DNA of 64,000 nt, taken from Eledone cirrhosa. Lineage: Eukaryota. Numbering within the stretch: the first letter of the stretch is position 1; every line of letters starts with the position of its first letter. Under the pieces are notes generated by a model. That model saw only the letters and a program-made list of their open reading frames with translations. It was not told the DNA's origin and searched no databases. The stretch spans positions 92,070,001 through 92,134,000 of the forward strand of contig OZ024744.1 in the NCBI GenBank assembly GCA_964016885.1, written 5' to 3'. Of the stretch, positions 55,325-64,000 are shown one piece after another. Both the position numbers and the translations under genes were made by a program.

Positions 55325-55433
55325 TGTGTGTGCATGTGTGTGTGTATGTATGTGTATACGTAAATCAACGAAACAAGAAATGAACGAACGAAAGTATGCA
55401 ATCAATAAAATTAAGTGTATTAATTTCACGCTT

Positions 55434-55528
<95 letters not shown>

Positions 55529-55569
55529 ATATTTATATATATATTTATATATATAAATATATATATATA

Positions 55570-55603
<34 letters not shown>

Positions 55604-55869
55604 AATATATATATATATAAATATATATATATATAAATATATATGTAGATAAATCTACCAAGAGTTTACGGTAGTGTCCAATCCGTATGAAGAACTCAAT
55701 GTAATCCGGATATCATGGAAAGAAGAGATGCATTCAAAAATCACTTTCGGTGAAAGATAAACGGAATACAGAGTCAAGATAAAGTATACTTTATATAAAT
55801 ATATATATATTTACATATATATATATATATATTTATATATATATTTACATATATATATATATATATATA

Positions 55870-59838
<3,969 letters not shown>

Positions 59839-59970
59839 ATTTATATATATATATATATTTATATATATATTTATATATATATTTATATATATATTTATAT
59901 ATATATTTATATATATATATATATATAAATATATATATATATAAATATATATAGATATATATTTATATAA

Positions 59971-60063
<93 letters not shown>

Positions 60064-60399
60064 TATATATATGCTATTTTTCTTTACTCTTCTCTCCATT
60101 TTTTCCCCGCTCCATTCATCTATCTGTATCATTTCGTCCAGAATCCAATCTTTGCTTTTTCAATGCTATTCGATAATTCTGTCTGATTGTTCAAAACAAT
60201 CTTCTTGTATTTTTAAATTCCCATAATTCTTCTCTTATTACTATTATATATGCTTGTTCAATTATGCCCAAAATTCGAGGATTTTATTTAAACCTTCTCG
60301 CTAACTACCCCATATCCCTCCCACCCGCCCCCACTCACCAACATTATTACGTGGACCAATCATAAGTCAGCGGCCTATGCTATCACTTCTTAAGTTTAG

Positions 60400-63300
60400 A
60401 CATGGTTGCCTTTCGATATGATGGATGGACTACGGAATTCTGGAGAGTTTGAAAAGAAAAAATCTGGACACTCAGTGACAATGCCAAAGATAAAGACAAA
60501 TTCACCTCATGCTGCCGGACGAGAATGCAAGGACTCCTCCTCTTTATTTCGGCCGCGGATGGCTAACATAACCCCCCCCCCCCCTGCACCCCACCGTTCC
60601 CACCCTCCAAACGCAATCCAAAACTTTAGAGTTGATACCATGAATGTAGGCACCTTAAAGGCTCGCTCTAACGAGGTCGTAGAAATGCTTGGACGTAAGG
60701 AGGTCGATGTTTGCTGTATTCAAGAGACCAGGTGGAGGGGTGGGTCTCTGCTAGATTCATTGTGGGTAAAAACTATGCTATAAGCTTTTCTGGGTGGGAA
60801 ATGACAACGGGCTGGGTGGATTAGGAATCATGGTAGCAAAAAAGTGGGCAGATAAGATAATAGACGTAAATAGAGTGAACGACAGAATAATTAAAATAAG
60901 ACTTGTCCTCGATAGAACTACTGTGACAATAATATCTGCATATGCACCCCATTCCGGACTGTCTGGCACTATAAAAGACAGATTCTATGAGTCGTTAATG
61001 CTCACTACCTCCCAAATAACCGACAGTGACTACATAATTATCGCTGGCGACCTAAATGGTCATGTTGGACAACATTGTGATGGCTATGCCGGAATCCATG
61101 GAGGCTATGGGTTTGGTACTAGAAATGAGGAAGGCTCCAGAATCCTGGAATTCTGTGACGCAAATAACCTAACTATCTGTAACACTAACTTCAAAAAACG
61201 AGACAATCACTTGATCACCTATAGATCAGGGGAACACACAAGCCAGGTAGATTATATCCTTACCAGGAGACGTGACAGAGTGTCTGTTGTAAACACTAAA
61301 TCCCTCCCCCATGAAGAATGCACCTCCCAACATAGACTCATAGTCAGCGACCTCGTAGTCAGGACAAGACGTACTCGACAACAGAGGAGGACTATCTTCA
61401 GGAGAATAATATGGAAACTAAAGGACCCCACAGCCAGAAATAAATTTAAAAGCATATTACTTGATGCTTTTGACAGTAAGAAGAGCAATTGGAGTCGTAC
61501 AATATAGAGGAACAGTGGTAATTCCTGAAAGCTAACCTGCTGAACGCGGCAGATGAAGTCTGTGGCTGGGGCAGGCTTATAGGCAGGAGGAGAGTTACAT
61601 GGTGGTGGAACAGTAAGGTGGAAGAGACAATCAAGGCCAAGAAGCAGGCTTGGAAATAATGGCGGGATGGGGGCAGTAGAGAACACTATCAAGTGGCCAG
61701 GAGGGAAGCTAGGAGACAAGTGTACTTCGCAAGAAGAGAAGCAGAGGAAAGAAAGTTCAAGCATGTTCTACAACGCGAGGACCAAAAACGTGAGGTGTTC
61801 AGGATTGCTAGGCAATGTGTCAAGGAAAACCGTGATATTGTCGGGGAGAAGTGTGTACGTAATGATGATGGTATACTTACCATCACTGATACTGATAAGA
61901 TGGTAGCTTGGAAGTGTCACTACGAGAGGCTACTAAATGAGGAGAATAAATGGGAGAAAGACAGTCTCCCCCACATCGATCCAATAGAGGGACGAGCAGT
62001 GTTAGTCAAAGGTAGTATAATAAGTAAGGCAATCAAAGATATGAAGACGGGTAAGGCAGCTGGGCCTTCGGAAATAGTGGCTGAAATGCTGAAAGCATCT
62101 GGAACGGTGGGACACACTATGGTCACCCGGATAGTAAACCAAGTCATACAGAATGGGGTCGTTCCGAAGGACTGGCGTAGCAGCATCATCATTAACTGTT
62201 ACAAGGGTAAAGTGATGCCCTAGATAGGGGGAACTATAAAGGCATTAAATTAATTGACCAGGTCATGAAGGTCTCAGAAAAAGTAATAGCGCAACTAATC
62301 AGAGAGCGAATTGATCTAGATAAAATGCAGTTCGGGTTTGTGTCAGGTAAAAGTACCACAGTCGCTCTTTTCATTGTACGACAACTACAGGAGAAGTACC
62401 TAGCTAAAAGTAAACCCCTATATTTAGCTTTTGTTGACTTGGAGAAAGCCTTTGACAGAGTCCCCCGCTCCATTATCTGGTGAGCTCTTAGAAAACTAGG
62501 TGTTGATGAATGGCTTGTGAGAGCTATACAAGCCATGTATAAAGAAACAGTCAGCAAAGTTAGAATTAACAACGAATATAGTGAAGAGTTTAGCGTAAAA
62601 GTTGGTGTTCATCAGGGCTCCGTTCTCAGCCCCCTACTATTTATTATTGCCCTTCAGGCTATAACAGAGGAGTTCAAGACCGGCTGTCCATGGGAACTCC
62701 GATACGCAGATGATCTAACGCTCATAGCTGAATCAATGGCTGAACTAGAGAAGAAATTCCAAACCTGGAAGCATGGCCTAGAATCAAAAGGCCTTAAAAT
62801 TAACCTGTCTAAGACTAAAGTTCTAGTTTGTAGGAAGGAAAATAGGGCACTCATCCCATCTGGGAAATGGCCATGCTCAGTGTGTAGGAAAGGAGTAGGC
62901 AGAAACTCCATTTTATGTCCCAAATGCAAAGTATGGGTGCATAAAAGATGTAGTGGGATCACAGGTAAGCTAACTAAGAATATAGATTTTATATGTGGCC
63001 GGTGCTCTGGTGCAATAAGTAGCAGCAAGTGCCCGCAGAAAACTAGCTCATTCCATTGCACAGATGGTTCTATAGAAATAGTGGACACCTTCCGTTACCT
63101 GGGTGACAAAATCAGCAGTGATGGAGGGTGCTCTGAAAGTACAGTAGCTAGAGTCAGAACGGGATGGAAAAAGTTCAGAGAGCTTATACCACTATTGGTC
63201 GCTAAAGGGTTCTCTCTAAAAATGAAAGGCAGGTTGTATGATGCCTGCATACGAACAGCAATGTTACATGGCAGTGAGACTTGGGCATTGTGTGCAGAGG

Positions 63301-64000
63301 ATATACGCAGACTGGAGAGGACCGAAGCTTGCATGCTCCGCTGGATGTGTAATAGTAATATACGTGAACGGCAAAGCATAAATGAACTAAGGGAGAAATT
63401 AGGAATAAGAGGGATCAGATGTGGTTTACTCGAGAGAAGACTATGTTGGTATGGTCCCGTGATGCGCATGAAAGACGACAGCTGTATAACAAAGTGCAGG
63501 GCGATAAAAATAGACGGTAGCCACGGAGTAGGCAGACCCATAAAAACCTGGGACGACTTGATAAATTCCGACCTCACACACTTACACCTCTCCAAGACAA
63601 TATCACTGGACCGAGATCTTTGGCGCTACACAGTAATACAGAAGACCCACCTTGCCTAAGTACAAAGCGAAACCTACAGTCAGTAGGCACCTCTTAACAA
63701 AAATACACCCCATTCCACTATCCCCACCCCATCCACACCACCCCTTTCGATGTAAAGTTAAAGTTAGTACCACAACATCCAGTTCGAAATAAATGAGGTC
63801 GTGTAGGTGTCACGACAAAAAAAAACACACAGTCCACACTGTAATGTGGCCGTGTATGTAACACGGTAAAAACCTCCAAGTCCACACTGTAAACGTGGTT
63901 GGTGTTAGGAAGGGCATCCAGCCGTAGAAAACCCGCCAGACAGTCCTATACGAGGAAGACAACCAATCTTGCCTCAAGTGGGAAAATGCTAGCGTGGAAG
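60400..64000 (+). mobile_element. RTE-like LINE (APE + RT with inserted PHD finger), decayed
   Basis: MNVGTL, CIQETRW, SAYAP, GDLNGH, QVDYIL; QFGF, FVDLEKAFD, GVHQGSVLSP, YADD; several stops and frameshifts; 3' UTR runs off the window. Confidence 0.92.

Overview
AT-rich, repeat-saturated animal genomic DNA with no recognisable host gene. The SINE families and the density of (TA)n/(CA)n tracts suggest an octopus or other cephalopod (inference). Nearly all YI/CV/HT ORFs are microsatellite artefacts. Real coding remnants are all retroelements: several Penelope-like elements (PLEs; RT plus C-terminal GIY-YIG, Naiad-like, inserted in (TA)n), a CsRn1-type Gypsy element, an RTE-like LINE with a PHD finger inside its RT, and R4/Dong, CRE-like, CR1/L2 and RTE fragments. 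There are also tRNA-SINEs, MITEs and Helitron-like pieces. The main signal is non-coding. Reading both strands by eye I find about 40 hammerhead ribozyme (HHR) motifs in roughly 20 sequence families. They lie in short modules between (TA)n tracts and are arranged as tandem or fold-back repeats. Three families carry a compensatory U3-A8 core (UUGANAA), and one of these has greatly enlarged stems in a 540-nt tandem unit. Most families have their own palindromic helix III, and several share a TTGAGTRCT motif downstream. Some modules are demonstrably PLE pseudo-LTRs; others are orphan and retrozyme-like. Coordinates were read by eye and may be off by a few bases.
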